A program made the translations under genes and the position numbers. A stretch of DNA of 64,000 nt from a virus, in the IMG/VR virus record IMGVR_UViG_3300045988_134806, positions 1 through 64,000 of that record; one strand, 5' to 3'. The notes under the pieces are model-generated. The model did no database searches. It saw only the letters and a list, made by a program, of their open reading frames with translations, and was not told where the DNA came from. Every line of letters starts with the position of its first letter. The first letter of the stretch is position 1. This document shows positions 26,729-35,884 of this stretch, one piece after another.

Positions 26729-27691
26729 TTAGAACTTGAAGTCTTCCAAGCCCGGGACTTCATCAGAAGAAGCAATCTGAGTGACCTCTTCTTTCTTAGT
26801 CTCTACGACTTCTTTGACAACTTCGGGTGTGATCTTACCGGTGGCAACAGCGGCTTCCACGGGGGAAACCTTGGGCTTGTCAGCGGCTGCGGGAGCCGGA
26901 GCGGCCGTCGGAGCAACACCGTTTTTGACAGCCTCTTCATAGGCTTTCAAGTGCTCCAGCACATCGGGAGTTTCACCCGTGATCGCCATAACGGTCGGGT
27001 CATTGTGCTCTTCCTGCACCAGACGGAACTGGTCTTCGTCGAGGAAGCCGACAGGCTCAAACACGAGCTTCTGAGCGGTCTCGTTCGGGTCGAACTTAAT
27101 GCGTGTAACGGCAGCCATGTAGGGCACATTGTGCTTCGTGAGCTTGGCGCCATAGTCGCCCAGAGCCTTAATGGATGTGGGCGGAACGCGCAGCAGCATG
27201 GTTTCTTTCAGAGATCCTCTCGGGGCGATTGCCAAGCGGACTGCGTCACGGCATGCTTTGCCTTTACCGGCGATACCCTTGGCGTCAACAGCGGAGCCCC
27301 ATGCGTTCTTCGGACAAGTCTTGCAGCTGGCACTCTGAGGCTGAGCACAACCCTGATCGGGGATGATACCTGTGGAAGAGAAGCAGATCGGAGTCTGAGC
27401 TTCTTCATTGTCAGCATTGTAAGTGCCGGAGTAGTAAGCCTTGGCTGTGAATTTCGGAACACGAACGAGAACCACGTCAATGTACTGAGCGGTGGAGCTC
27501 GGGTCCAGCGGGTTCATAACCACTTTCTTTTCATCGCCGCGAATGACAGTGAAACGCTTGCCGTTCAAGGACAGAACAGGGAAGGACAAAGAAGCGTGGG
27601 CGGTAATATCGCCGTTTAAAGCTTCAACGTTTGTCTGAGCGAGGTATGCAGGAAGGGGTGCGGATGCAAAAATAGAAATGTCATTAGCCAT
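26729..27691 (-). CDS. putative ssDNA-binding / recombination-associated protein
   Basis: 320 aa with CKTCPKNAWGS..GKGKAC and an acidic, Ala/Pro-rich C-terminal tail. Function inferred from position between primase and helicase genes. Confidence 0.4.
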   Translation of the reverse strand: MANDISIFASAPLPAYLAQTNVEALNGDITAHASLSFPVLSLNGKRFTVIRGDEKKVVMNPLDPSSTAQYIDVVLVRVPKFTAKAYYSGTYNADNEEAQTPICFSSTGIIPDQGCAQPQSASCKTCPKNAWGSAVDAKGIAGKGKACRDAVRLAIAPRGSLKETMLLRVPPTSIKALGDYGAKLTKHNVPYMAAVTRIKFDPNETAQKLVFEPVGFLDEDQFRLVQEEHNDPTVMAITGETPDVLEHLKAYEEAVKNGVAPTAAPAPAAADKPKVSPVEAAVATGKITPEVVKEVVETKKEEVTQIASSDEVPGLEDFKF

Positions 27692-27703
27692 TATCTTCTC
27701 CAG

Positions 27704-28093
27704 TTAGGCCTTACGGAAATTGAGCGTGATTTCTTCATTGTAATCGACGCCCGGTGGCAGAACGCCGCGTCCTGCCTTGTACTCTTCTACAGCAGACTTG
27801 AGCGGACGAACTTCCAAAAGTTCAAACATGTTGTTGTCTTTGACAAAGTCCATGAAGGCTGCTTTGTCGGGACAGGAAATTTTTACTCGGGTAGAGCGAT
27901 AAGCAGTACCGGATTCAGTCTTGTAGGACTGCACGCCGTCAATAGCCATTTTGTTGAGAATCGCAGATTCCAGCTTGGCAATATTAGCGTTAATCGGAGC
28001 CATCGCTTCTTTGAAGGCCGCCTCTTTAGCTGCCTTTTCTTCCTTGCATTTACGAAGGAAACCGATTGCTTCTTGAATTGTACACATAAGCAT
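27704..28093 (-). CDS. hypothetical protein (129 aa), N-terminal coiled coil
   Basis: ORF in the replication module. No confident motif. Confidence 0.55.
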   Translation of the reverse strand: MLMCTIQEAIGFLRKCKEEKAAKEAAFKEAMAPINANIAKLESAILNKMAIDGVQSYKTESGTAYRSTRVKISCPDKAAFMDFVKDNNMFELLEVRPLKSAVEEYKAGRGVLPPGVDYNEEITLNFRKA

Positions 28094-28132
28094 TCCTGTA
28101 GGTAAGTAATTGCATTCTATATGTGAAGTCGT

Positions 28133-29704
28133 TTAATTGCAAGATTGAGTACTTTCCCGCATGAGGTCTAGTAAAGTTCCTTGCAAGCTTTGGCGGTTCT
28201 TCAATCGTTCATAAACAACTTCTTCATACTTCGTGGAAACAATGTGAACGATAACCGTCGTGTGCTTCTGGCCGGGGCGTCTGACGCGGGCGCAAGCCTG
28301 CTGATATGTCTCGTTGGAATAAACCGGCCCAAACCAAATAATGGTTGTAGCTGCTGTCAGTGTTAGACCGTGGGACATCGCTGTCGGGTTTGCCACGAGC
28401 ACTTTCGGATCATCGGTGCGCTGGAAAAGAGCAAATATTCTGTCTCGATCTTCCTTTGAAGTAGAGCCGTCAATCACTTCGTTGGTCACTCCAGTATCTG
28501 TTAGATATTTGGAAACTCTTTGTAAAGCGGCTGTGAACGGGATGAACACGATGCACTTGCCCTCAGAGGCCTCAATCGTCTCCATGAGCACTTCCAAGCG
28601 CTTCAAGATGGGATACTCGACCACAGTATCGTTATCGCCGTAGAGCGAGCCCAAGGCGATCTGCATGAGCTTGGAAGCCTTGATGGCTTCGTTGCTTGCC
28701 GTTATGTCTCCTTCTTCGAATTGCACCTGAAGCGAAGAGAGCATCGCCTTATATGCCAGCTCTTGAGGCGCAGACATCTCTGCTTTCTTGGTGAGGAACA
28801 CCTGCGGGGGCAGGTCCAAGCACTCGTCGATACTGAAACGCACGGCGGGCTGCATGACACGATGAACATAAGCAGCAGAATCAGGCTTAGGCAACCATTT
28901 GAACTGGTTGACTTGCGTCATTACCTGATTGCGGAAGCTGTTGTAATAGAGCGGGCAGTCCTTATTATTCGGCGTTACCAACCGGATCTGAGCGTAAGCA
29001 TCAGCAGGGGAGTTCGGGATCGGAGAACCTGTCAGCCCCCAGACACGGCGCGGTGTCTGCTTGTTGCAGATGGTGTTGAGTGCCTTCCAGCGGTCGGTCG
29101 TTTTCGTGCGCATAAGCGCCAGCTCGTCGATCACGATGAGATCAATGTCTCTTCGGGCAGCCAGCTCATCGACGATGATCTTGGCACCGTCGGTGTTAAT
29201 GAGATAAATGTCCGCCGGATCTTTGAGAAGCTTCAGGCGTTTATCTTTCGTGCCGTAGAGCACATTAACCTTGTACTGCGGGAAGCTGAAAAACGCTTCG
29301 TCAGCCCATGTTCTTTCCAAGGTGGAAAGAGGACAGACAACGAGCATGGAACGAACCTGACCGCACTTTTTCAAGTAGTCGTAGGCCCACAGCGTTGTGA
29401 TTGTTTTGCCAAGGCCCATGCTGTTAAGGATGAAGCAGCGGTCGTTCATCGTGGCGAACTCCGCCGAGATCCTCTGAGCTTCAAAGGGTTTGAACTTCGC
29501 AGGGAAGTCGTAGTACATCTGCATGGGAGAGGGCACATCGTAGCCCAAAGAACGAAGCACCCTCGTTTCGTCGGGCCGGTGCGGCACGGCTACCATCGGC
29601 CCCTTGGCGGTTTTAACAACTTTGGCCGCCGGGATGACGGTTGTAATCTGTGCGGGATTCTGCGGCTGAAGCAGAACCGCTTGTTTGTCTTTGAGAATAA
29701 TCAT
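28133..29704 (-). CDS. SNF2-family (SF2) helicase
   Basis: Motif I MGLGKTIT, motif II LIVIDELA, and C-terminal helicase motifs LVANPTAMSHGLTL and QQACARVRRPGQ. Confidence 0.85.
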   Translation of the reverse strand: MIILKDKQAVLLQPQNPAQITTVIPAAKVVKTAKGPMVAVPHRPDETRVLRSLGYDVPSPMQMYYDFPAKFKPFEAQRISAEFATMNDRCFILNSMGLGKTITTLWAYDYLKKCGQVRSMLVVCPLSTLERTWADEAFFSFPQYKVNVLYGTKDKRLKLLKDPADIYLINTDGAKIIVDELAARRDIDLIVIDELALMRTKTTDRWKALNTICNKQTPRRVWGLTGSPIPNSPADAYAQIRLVTPNNKDCPLYYNSFRNQVMTQVNQFKWLPKPDSAAYVHRVMQPAVRFSIDECLDLPPQVFLTKKAEMSAPQELAYKAMLSSLQVQFEEGDITASNEAIKASKLMQIALGSLYGDNDTVVEYPILKRLEVLMETIEASEGKCIVFIPFTAALQRVSKYLTDTGVTNEVIDGSTSKEDRDRIFALFQRTDDPKVLVANPTAMSHGLTLTAATTIIWFGPVYSNETYQQACARVRRPGQKHTTVIVHIVSTKYEEVVYERLKNRQSLQGTLLDLMRESTQSCN

Positions 29705-29716
29705 AGTTGCAGAGAA

Positions 29717-29989
29717 TTAAACTTTCCGAACTTTATACCCGGACTCTCCTTTACGCCACCCTCGATTACGATGACGCGAGATCACGCGGGTGTTGGACTT
29801 CGCACCGGAACCACCGGCCGATAAGGGTGTAATGTGGTCGATGTCCTTGTTATCCCCCTTCGAGACAAGTCCTTCACGGATCGCTTGGCGTCTTGCCTTG
29901 TTGCGGAGCACACGCTTATGGATATTTTCCGGTTTTGCGTCTCTGATTCTGTTGTACTCCCGTCCGCGGGGAGTGTTGCTGTTAGCCAT
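29717..29989 (-). CDS. small HNH endonuclease-like protein (90 aa)
   Basis: DIDHITPLSAGGSGAKSNTRVISRHRNRG fits the His-Me finger pattern. ATG at 29989 is preferred over the track start. Confidence 0.6.
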   Translation of the reverse strand: MANSNTPRGREYNRIRDAKPENIHKRVLRNKARRQAIREGLVSKGDNKDIDHITPLSAGGSGAKSNTRVISRHRNRGWRKGESGYKVRKV

Positions 29990-30200
29990 AATTTCTCCTT
30001 TCCGCTTCTTGGCGGGCTCTGTAGTCCATCTCGCACTCAATGCAGCAGAACTTATGCGCCGTTGTCTCCACGGGTTCTCCGCAGTTGATGCACTTCTGCT
30101 CATAATTGATGAACTGTGGCGGGGCTTTTGACTGCCCTTTAATGAGAGCGCTGAGGATTACTCCTTCGTTCTCGGTTGCTCGGTCGATCTCGTCGGCCAT
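29982..30200 (-). CDS. TraR/DksA-family C4 zinc-finger protein
   Basis: 72 aa with CINCGEPV...CCIEC spacing typical of phage TraR-like proteins. Confidence 0.7.
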   Translation of the reverse strand: MADEIDRATENEGVILSALIKGQSKAPPQFINYEQKCINCGEPVETTAHKFCCIECEMDYRARQEAERRNYG

Positions 30201-30212
30201 GTCACTATCTCC

Positions 30213-30572
30213 TTATGGGACATACTTGGTTGTTTCTGCTTCTTTTTTTAATAAATCAATACACTCCTTGGCAAATGATGCTGTCTCAGTGACAATAGCC
30301 ATCCCGCCTGCGGCGTATATTTCATTTAGGGCCTTCTTTTGATTTGGAGTCGTATTCTTCAGCTTGCCCTTTGCTTTTGCTTCTATGCCTCCGAACACTC
30401 CCAAGGTCTTGCCAACCATATCCTGTGTGATAGTCACCGGGATACAGCAAATAAAATCTGGAACTCCGACAGAGCTAAAACCACATGGCACTACCATGTA
30501 GAAGTAGCAATTCTCGTTTTTGAGAAGAATTTTAATCTCTTTCTTAACCTTCCCCTCTGGTGTTGTTGCCAT
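30213..30572 (-). CDS. VRR-NUC domain nuclease
   Basis: GVPDFICC ... GGIEAKAKGK (PD-ExK core) and ..NQKKALNEIYAAGG. Start taken at ATG 30572; the track start is 30602. Confidence 0.75.
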   Translation of the reverse strand: MATTPEGKVKKEIKILLKNENCYFYMVVPCGFSSVGVPDFICCIPVTITQDMVGKTLGVFGGIEAKAKGKLKNTTPNQKKALNEIYAAGGMAIVTETASFAKECIDLLKKEAETTKYVP

Positions 30573-31269
30573 TTCTTCTCCCTCTATAAACCAGCGGATC
30601 AAATAAGTGCTCTTCGCTCCAACCTCTTTTTATTCTGTGCATTACAGTATCTAAACTAATTCCTGTTTGCTTGCAGCGTTCTTCATAGAACTTTGTTATA
30701 TCGCCCTTAGTTATCGGCCGTCTGAGCCTCTCGCCGCGGTCACCGTCAGAATACCGCGACACCAAAGTGACGTACGAGATACCCGTTTCTTGACTTATTT
30801 CCTTTAACGTTTGCCCGTTATCTTTTATTGTCAGTCTCTTGTTGTAAGCCTGTTCCTCAGTAGTTGCCCACCGACAATTTTCTTTGCAATAGCCTTTGTT
30901 AGGGTCAATCCTATCAATAGATTTATCCTCAGAATAGCCAGACTTCATGTCCTTCCAAAAACCGTTAAAAGTCTCCCAATCATCAGAAACTTTAATTCCT
31001 CTGGCTCCGTAGTTCTTAAAGTCTTTGTTCTTCGGATTGTTGCAACGGTTTTTCATACCTACCCAAATCCGATAAGGTCGTGATCTACGCCCATGCTTTT
31101 GAATCTCTCCGTGTGTAGGGTCCCCTCTGCAACCACAAGAAGGCTTTGCTCCTTGCTTAACGTGAGAGCGGAGAGAAGCAAGTCTCTTTACAACAACTGT
31201 TCCACAAACGCACTGACACTCAACCATAGTAGTCCATCTTTGCCCCTGTGCTTCTCTAAGAACGGTCAA
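30544..31269 (-). CDS. free-standing homing-endonuclease-like protein (Zn-ribbon + LDRID..NCRW HNH-like core + C-terminal HTH)
   Basis: CQCVCG..PSCGC, NYGARGIKVSDDW, SIDRIDPNKGYCKENCRWATTEEQAYNKR. Clear paralog of the ORF nested in the PolA intein (33411..34121). Confidence 0.75.
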   Translation of the reverse strand: MTVLREAQGQRWTTMVECQCVCGTVVVKRLASLRSHVKQGAKPSCGCRGDPTHGEIQKHGRRSRPYRIWVGMKNRCNNPKNKDFKNYGARGIKVSDDWETFNGFWKDMKSGYSEDKSIDRIDPNKGYCKENCRWATTEEQAYNKRLTIKDNGQTLKEISQETGISYVTLVSRYSDGDRGERLRRPITKGDITKFYEERCKQTGISLDTVMHRIKRGWSEEHLFDPLVYRGRRNGNNTRGEG

Positions 31270-31303
31270 AAATCCGAACTTCTCTCCGACAGGGATGGGG
31301 AGT

Positions 31304-31525
31304 TTATTCGCGGGAATCCTGCGATGTGCCTTCTGGGTTCTCCTTTGGTTCTAAGAGAACTGAGACGGCTAAGCTCGCCAGCTGGTTGACGTAATCTTCC
31401 AGTCTCGTAGCAAGCTCCTTTTCAAATGGTTTCAGATGATCCCAGCTTTGCGCGGCCATCTTAATCAGTTCTCTGTCGCTGAGCTTCTCAAGCTCTTCTA
31501 CTTTCAATAAGTCTTTTTGTCTCAT
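31304..31525 (-). CDS. hypothetical protein (73 aa)
   Basis: ORF overlapping the upstream stop by 4 nt. Helical and charged. Confidence 0.5.
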   Translation of the reverse strand: MRQKDLLKVEELEKLSDRELIKMAAQSWDHLKPFEKELATRLEDYVNQLASLAVSVLLEPKENPEGTSQDSRE

Positions 31526-32178
31526 TTCTTGGCCTCATAGTGCTCACAGGTTATACATGGACACCAACCTTTACATAGGCCGGAAGGTCTTGCGGGCCAA
31601 TCGTCATTGTTGTAAGCGTTCTCAAGTCGGGAAGCTCGGGTGAGGAACGGTTTCCACAACTCCGGGATGTCGTCTCGCTTAAAGATTGTCTTATCAACTT
31701 TCTTTTCTTTGAGCCAAATAAACCCTGACTCAACTTCCTTCACTGTCGGATAGTGAGCAAAGGCAAAGAGTGCGTAGAGTTCTAACTGCTCAGTCACCTT
31801 GCGTTTCCCTGTCTTGTAGTCCACCAGCAATACTTTGGAAGGTGTTTCCACAAGCAAATCAGCGATTCCTCGGGCCCAGCCCTTACGCCATTCCGTCGGC
31901 TGGAAAGCCTTGTCAACTGCGAGCTTAATCTCGCAGTGCTTGATGCCCGGCATTGCCCTTAATTGATCTCCAATGTTTTGGAAACTTGCCATCTCAGCAG
32001 GGAAGGGCTTCCCAAAAGAGATATTTTCTTCAAACGCTTTGTGGACGGTGTTTCCCCACTTGATGTATTCCGACTCAGGCTCCTTAACATCATAGGCAAC
32101 CCGAGTGTGATAGAAACGCTTCGGACAAGTCTCGAAGCCATCTAAGTGGGAGTACGTCCACGGCTTCATCTTCGCCAT
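31522..32178 (-). CDS. PD-(D/E)xK Cas4/RecB-like exonuclease with Cys cluster (DUF2800-like)
   Basis: IADLLV..VLLVDYKTGK (D..DxK core). N-terminal Cys in FETCPKRFY plus C-terminal CKGWCPCITC resembles a Cas4-type Fe-S arrangement. Confidence 0.7.
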   Translation of the reverse strand: MAKMKPWTYSHLDGFETCPKRFYHTRVAYDVKEPESEYIKWGNTVHKAFEENISFGKPFPAEMASFQNIGDQLRAMPGIKHCEIKLAVDKAFQPTEWRKGWARGIADLLVETPSKVLLVDYKTGKRKVTEQLELYALFAFAHYPTVKEVESGFIWLKEKKVDKTIFKRDDIPELWKPFLTRASRLENAYNNDDWPARPSGLCKGWCPCITCEHYEAKK

Positions 32179-32213
32179 GTTTGTCTCCGTGGGGACAGCG
32201 TGTCCCCGGGTAG

Positions 32214-33083
32214 TTACTTCTTAAATTTCTGTTGGAGTTTCTGAATCTTATCCATTCGCTTATCGCTGTGAAAGTATTTACCTACAATATCGGGAAACCG
32301 AATATTGCTTCGCACAATCTTCGCGCCGCGCTCTTCAGCATCCAATGCTCGGATCGTGGCTGAGAGGTCTCTGTCATACTCTTCCCAGAACTTAGCCCGA
32401 GCTTCATGCTTCGATACTCCATTAACTGCGTGCTCTTGGGCGTAGAACCCTGCGGCAAGCGCAGCTCTGGAAGTCATTTTCTTAAAATCCTTGGCGAGAT
32501 CTCCCTTGAGCTCGTCTACGTTATGCAAGTAGCAGAAGAGACGCTCCTGCGCTGCTCTGCGGGCGCGGAAAACCTTCAGGTAAGCATTCTGCTTAGTGCT
32601 GATCTCTTCCTTTTTTACCATCAAGCGGGCGTCAACCAGCTTGCGGAAGCGTGTCATGCTCGCCTTGGCAATAGGCACCAAGACCTCCAAGCACGCTTTG
32701 TCGCCTCGGAGCGCAGAGAGTCGAGCTTTTGTCACATCCCCGTCATAAGAGATGATCGAATTAACCACGCGAAGCGGGCGATCCAAGGCACTTAAAAAGT
32801 CAAACGCTTTATCGATCTTTTCTTTGTTCTCAGAAATGTAGGCTTCCAAGTCAAAATCATGCTTCTTTATACGCATTACCAGATCAAACAAGCGCTCAAT
32901 GGCCTGTGGATTTTCGCGTCCGAAGTTGATAAGAGTCTTTGTCCGGGGAAGGATACCGCTGTTGACAGGCTTACCCGGGTTGCGGATGTAGTCGCGAATG
33001 GTGGATAGAGCTGCTCTCCAGTGTCTTGAATCGCAGATATCTTGAATTGCATCAGCAATCTCTTGATATTGTTTATCTTCCAT
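32214..33083 (-). CDS. hypothetical protein (289 aa)
   Basis: Long helical ORF between the polymerase and nuclease genes. No motif. Confidence 0.6.
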   Translation of the reverse strand: MEDKQYQEIADAIQDICDSRHWRAALSTIRDYIRNPGKPVNSGILPRTKTLINFGRENPQAIERLFDLVMRIKKHDFDLEAYISENKEKIDKAFDFLSALDRPLRVVNSIISYDGDVTKARLSALRGDKACLEVLVPIAKASMTRFRKLVDARLMVKKEEISTKQNAYLKVFRARRAAQERLFCYLHNVDELKGDLAKDFKKMTSRAALAAGFYAQEHAVNGVSKHEARAKFWEEYDRDLSATIRALDAEERGAKIVRSNIRFPDIVGKYFHSDKRMDKIQKLQQKFKK

Positions 33084-33120
33084 TTCGGCTCCATTTTGAA
33101 ACTTTGATATATTTTACATG

Positions 33121-35874
33121 CTATTTTGCTTCTCCGTATGACTTTCCGATACCACCTTCACAATCCACTGGGAGATCAGGCGCCCAAGCGGGACGAACTC
33201 TCATCATCTCTTCCATCATTGCCTTGGTTTCCTCAGCTTCTTCTTCAGGTACGACTACTACGACTTCGTCGTGTACGGTAAGTACAACTTGTCGGATCTT
33301 GCCATTGGAGTTTCCTCCTTTCTCCTTGAGCTTCTGGGCTATCCGGCCCATCTGCCAAAAGACCACTTCTCTCGCTAATGCTTGGATGATGTTCTCGCAG
33401 TTATGGACGATTAACGGCTTCCCGTCTGATCCTTGGACGACGTACCTGTGTCGGCGTCCGCAGTTTGTAATGTCGAAAACCTCCGACTCAAATCCGGTGG
33501 GTCTGCCAAGTGCTCTAAGGGCACTCCGTTCTTGATCCTGTAGTGAACTGTTGTTACTCCCAAGCCATGCTTTCTGGCAAACTCCGCTATTGTCAGGTCG
33601 CCGATCCTTACATTGTTGCGTTTGTTGTTTGCCTGTTTCCGCATCGTAATCCAACGACAATTCGATGGCTCGTAGTTCCCATTCACGTCTATACGGTCCA
33701 GCGAAAGCCCAGCCTTGTAAGTCGGACCCATATCCGCATAGAAGTTCTCGAACTTTTCCAGCCACCTTTCGCAGACCTTGATCCCACGTCCTCCGTAGTT
33801 TTTCCAAGCCTGAGCATTGGGGTCCGTACATCTTTGCTTCATTGAGTGCCAGACATTCCATATTGGCGTTGCTGCCATGCCATGCCTTGTTAAGGCCTTG
33901 GAAAAATGCTCTCTGTGTTTGCATCCACAGCTTGGAAGGTAGCCGGCTCTTACTTGACTCTTTAGCTCGTGTGAATCCCTTAATACCTCTTTCCCACATT
34001 CGCATCTGTATTTCCAGTAGCTGTGATGCTTTCTGATGTGAGAGAAGCTCAAAGCCGTTAGGTAACCGAACTTCTGCCCGGTCAAATCTTTCCGCGGTTT
34101 CCCCGGTGCGCCAGCCGTCATTTGTTAGCACCTTATGATCCTTTGTCATTGAAACTCCGAATACTTCAATGACTTGTTTTTTTCCGTTAAAAGCAACTCC
34201 GGTGTGCTTAACCCATTCAACACCGTCCCATACCTTGTCAGTGAGTTCAACATCCTGAATAGGAATCCATCCTCTGGAAGTTAGGACGGGTGTGTCCTTT
34301 GCTATGCAAAGCTTTCCGCCGTAGATCTTTGTCCTAAAGTTCTTCCTCCTATAAGAGTAGCCTTTCTCTTCTTTGTCGTTAGCTTCTGCGCGGTAGCGAA
34401 GCTCAGGGTAGAGCAGATAAGTACCGTTAGGAAGCCAAATCTTTCCGGGCTCGTACTTGAGCTTGACGCCTTCTCCAAACTCGCCGCTGTAGCCTGCAAC
34501 CATATTGGAAAGAACGTCACTACATGTCTGCCACATGGACTTAATGGCATAATTTGAGCTCCTATAGATGTCAACAATTCGTTGGCATTCTGCATCACTC
34601 ATTATAACGTTTCCGTTCTTCAATGCAGATTGAAGTTTTCTCCAACCCACCTGATAACCTAATCCAAGCGTAGCGGTTTTTCCGACGAATCTTTCAAGCT
34701 TATCAGCCTTCGTAATTTTCCGTCCGTAGATCTTAGAAGCCAGTTCGCAATACACATCGTTCCCTTCGGCAAAATGCTTAACTAGGTCTAATTGACCGCT
34801 AAACCAAGCATTAACCCTCCCTTCAATGTTGCTCGAGTCGCAGGCGCAGATCATGTGCTTAGGCGGAGCAATCAGCGACTTCCTTATTTCTCCTCCGCGG
34901 GGGAGATTTTGAAGATTTAATTTGTCACCCCCTGAAGCTCTTCCTGTTGACCCTCCCCAATAATTAAGTAGTATAGGTAAGGGTCCCCGATTAGCCACCC
35001 CTATGAGACTTTCCGTTCTTGTCTCTTCAATCGTGCTCTTAGTCCCGAGGCGTGCTGCTGCCACGGCCTGCACACGTTCGTCCGGGTGCTCCAAGAGTTC
35101 CTTAAAGCCGTCGTCCGTCTTAGCAAACGCAAACGTTTCCTTACCAGTAGTAGGGCTCACCTTCATGGGAGGCGTAACTCCAAGGCTTTTCAGAACCTCA
35201 GCGAAGAGGTTGTTGCTCATCAGCTGATCCTTCGTGAAAGGGATTCGGGAGAGAAGCTCTTGTTTCTTCGCTCTTACGTCAGCTAGGTGGGCTTCGAGCC
35301 TCGGCTTGTCCAAGACGATCTTTGGCTCCGTGAACATCCGCAGCATCATGTCGATGATGACAAGCTCGCCTTTGGTCGTGTATGGGAGCAGTTTCTTAAA
35401 GAGGTGGTACGTAAGGTTCACGTCCTGCCTGCAATAAACACCGAAGGCATCGAGCTCCGACCTCGTGAAGTCTTTCTTGCGTTTGCCCAGCGTGTTGTAG
35501 ATCTCCGTGCCTTTCTCGCCCAAGCCGAACAGCTTGGAAAGCGCTCGCAACGAACTTCCCACTGTAAGCCCAGTGAGAGGGCGGGCCATGCTCAATGTGT
35601 CGAGCAGAAACTTCGGATGGATGTCGTAGATCCACGAAAGAATCGCGCCATCAAATGCAGTGTTGTGGCAGAGGACTTGGTGATCCTCCAAGTGAAGAGC
35701 CTTAAGCTCTTCGCCTATGTTCTCCGTGATCCATCTGATGCCTCCTGAATCAATCTTCACCGAGACACCGATTACCTCAAATCTGGGATCTCTTATGTAG
35801 GATTCTGTGGTCATCTTTGAAAGACTAAAGTCTTTGCTATAGAAAGTCTCAAAGTCCAAAACGACTAGCGACAT
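33121..35874 (-). CDS. family A DNA polymerase with 3'-5' exonuclease domain, interrupted by a 303-aa intein
   Basis: Exo motifs VLDFETF, HNTAFDGAIL, YCRQDV. Pol motif A CACDSSNIEGRV, motif B RFVGKTATLGLGYQVG, motif C LTVHDEVVVV. The intein lies between KIYGGKL and CENIIQALARE. Confidence 0.9.
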   Translation of the reverse strand: MSLVVLDFETFYSKDFSLSKMTTESYIRDPRFEVIGVSVKIDSGGIRWITENIGEELKALHLEDHQVLCHNTAFDGAILSWIYDIHPKFLLDTLSMARPLTGLTVGSSLRALSKLFGLGEKGTEIYNTLGKRKKDFTRSELDAFGVYCRQDVNLTYHLFKKLLPYTTKGELVIIDMMLRMFTEPKIVLDKPRLEAHLADVRAKKQELLSRIPFTKDQLMSNNLFAEVLKSLGVTPPMKVSPTTGKETFAFAKTDDGFKELLEHPDERVQAVAAARLGTKSTIEETRTESLIGVANRGPLPILLNYWGGSTGRASGGDKLNLQNLPRGGEIRKSLIAPPKHMICACDSSNIEGRVNAWFSGQLDLVKHFAEGNDVYCELASKIYGRKITKADKLERFVGKTATLGLGYQVGWRKLQSALKNGNVIMSDAECQRIVDIYRSSNYAIKSMWQTCSDVLSNMVAGYSGEFGEGVKLKYEPGKIWLPNGTYLLYPELRYRAEANDKEEKGYSYRRKNFRTKIYGGKLCIAKDTPVLTSRGWIPIQDVELTDKVWDGVEWVKHTGVAFNGKKQVIEVFGVSMTKDHKVLTNDGWRTGETAERFDRAEVRLPNGFELLSHQKASQLLEIQMRMWERGIKGFTRAKESSKSRLPSKLWMQTQRAFFQGLNKAWHGSNANMECLALNEAKMYGPQCSGLEKLRRTWDQGLRKVAGKVRELLCGYGSDLQGWAFAGPYRREWELRAIELSLDYDAETGKQQTQQCKDRRPDNSGVCQKAWLGSNNSSLQDQERSALRALGRPTGFESEVFDITNCGRRHRYVVQGSDGKPLIVHNCENIIQALAREVVFWQMGRIAQKLKEKGGNSNGKIRQVVLTVHDEVVVVVPEEEAEETKAMMEEMMRVRPAWAPDLPVDCEGGIGKSYGEAK
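33400..34308 (-). mobile_element. intein in PolA (Cys1 ... His-Asn / Cys+1)
   Basis: Block A CIAKDTPVLT, block B MTKDHKVLTNDGW, blocks F/G EVFDITN..HRYVVQGSDGKPLIVHN followed by C. Length is 909 nt, in frame with the polymerase. Confidence 0.85.
33411..34121 (-). CDS. homing-endonuclease-like ORF nested inside the intein in a different reading frame
   Basis: 236 aa, frame-shifted by 1 nt relative to the pol/intein frame. Shares the motifs of ORF 30544..31269 (PSCGC, NYGGRGIKVCERW, SLDRIDVNGNYEPSNCRWIT, HTH). AAGGTG lies 8 nt upstream of its ATG. Confidence 0.75.
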   Translation of the reverse strand: MTAGAPGKPRKDLTGQKFGYLTALSFSHIRKHHSYWKYRCECGKEVLRDSHELKSQVRAGYLPSCGCKHREHFSKALTRHGMAATPIWNVWHSMKQRCTDPNAQAWKNYGGRGIKVCERWLEKFENFYADMGPTYKAGLSLDRIDVNGNYEPSNCRWITMRKQANNKRNNVRIGDLTIAEFARKHGLGVTTVHYRIKNGVPLEHLADPPDLSRRFSTLQTADADTGTSSKDQTGSR

Positions 35875-35884
35875 TTTTCCTCCT

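Noticed and set aside
26645-27619. 324-aa plus-strand ORF antisense to gene 26729..27691
   Set aside because: It runs against the direction of the whole early arm. Its composition (Gly/Arg/Ser/Val-rich) is typical of antisense frames, whereas the minus-strand protein looks like a real protein.
28721-29824. 367-aa plus-strand ORF antisense to the SNF2 helicase gene
   Set aside because: The minus-strand frame carries the complete ordered helicase motifs. The plus-strand product is Arg/His/Val-rich nonsense.
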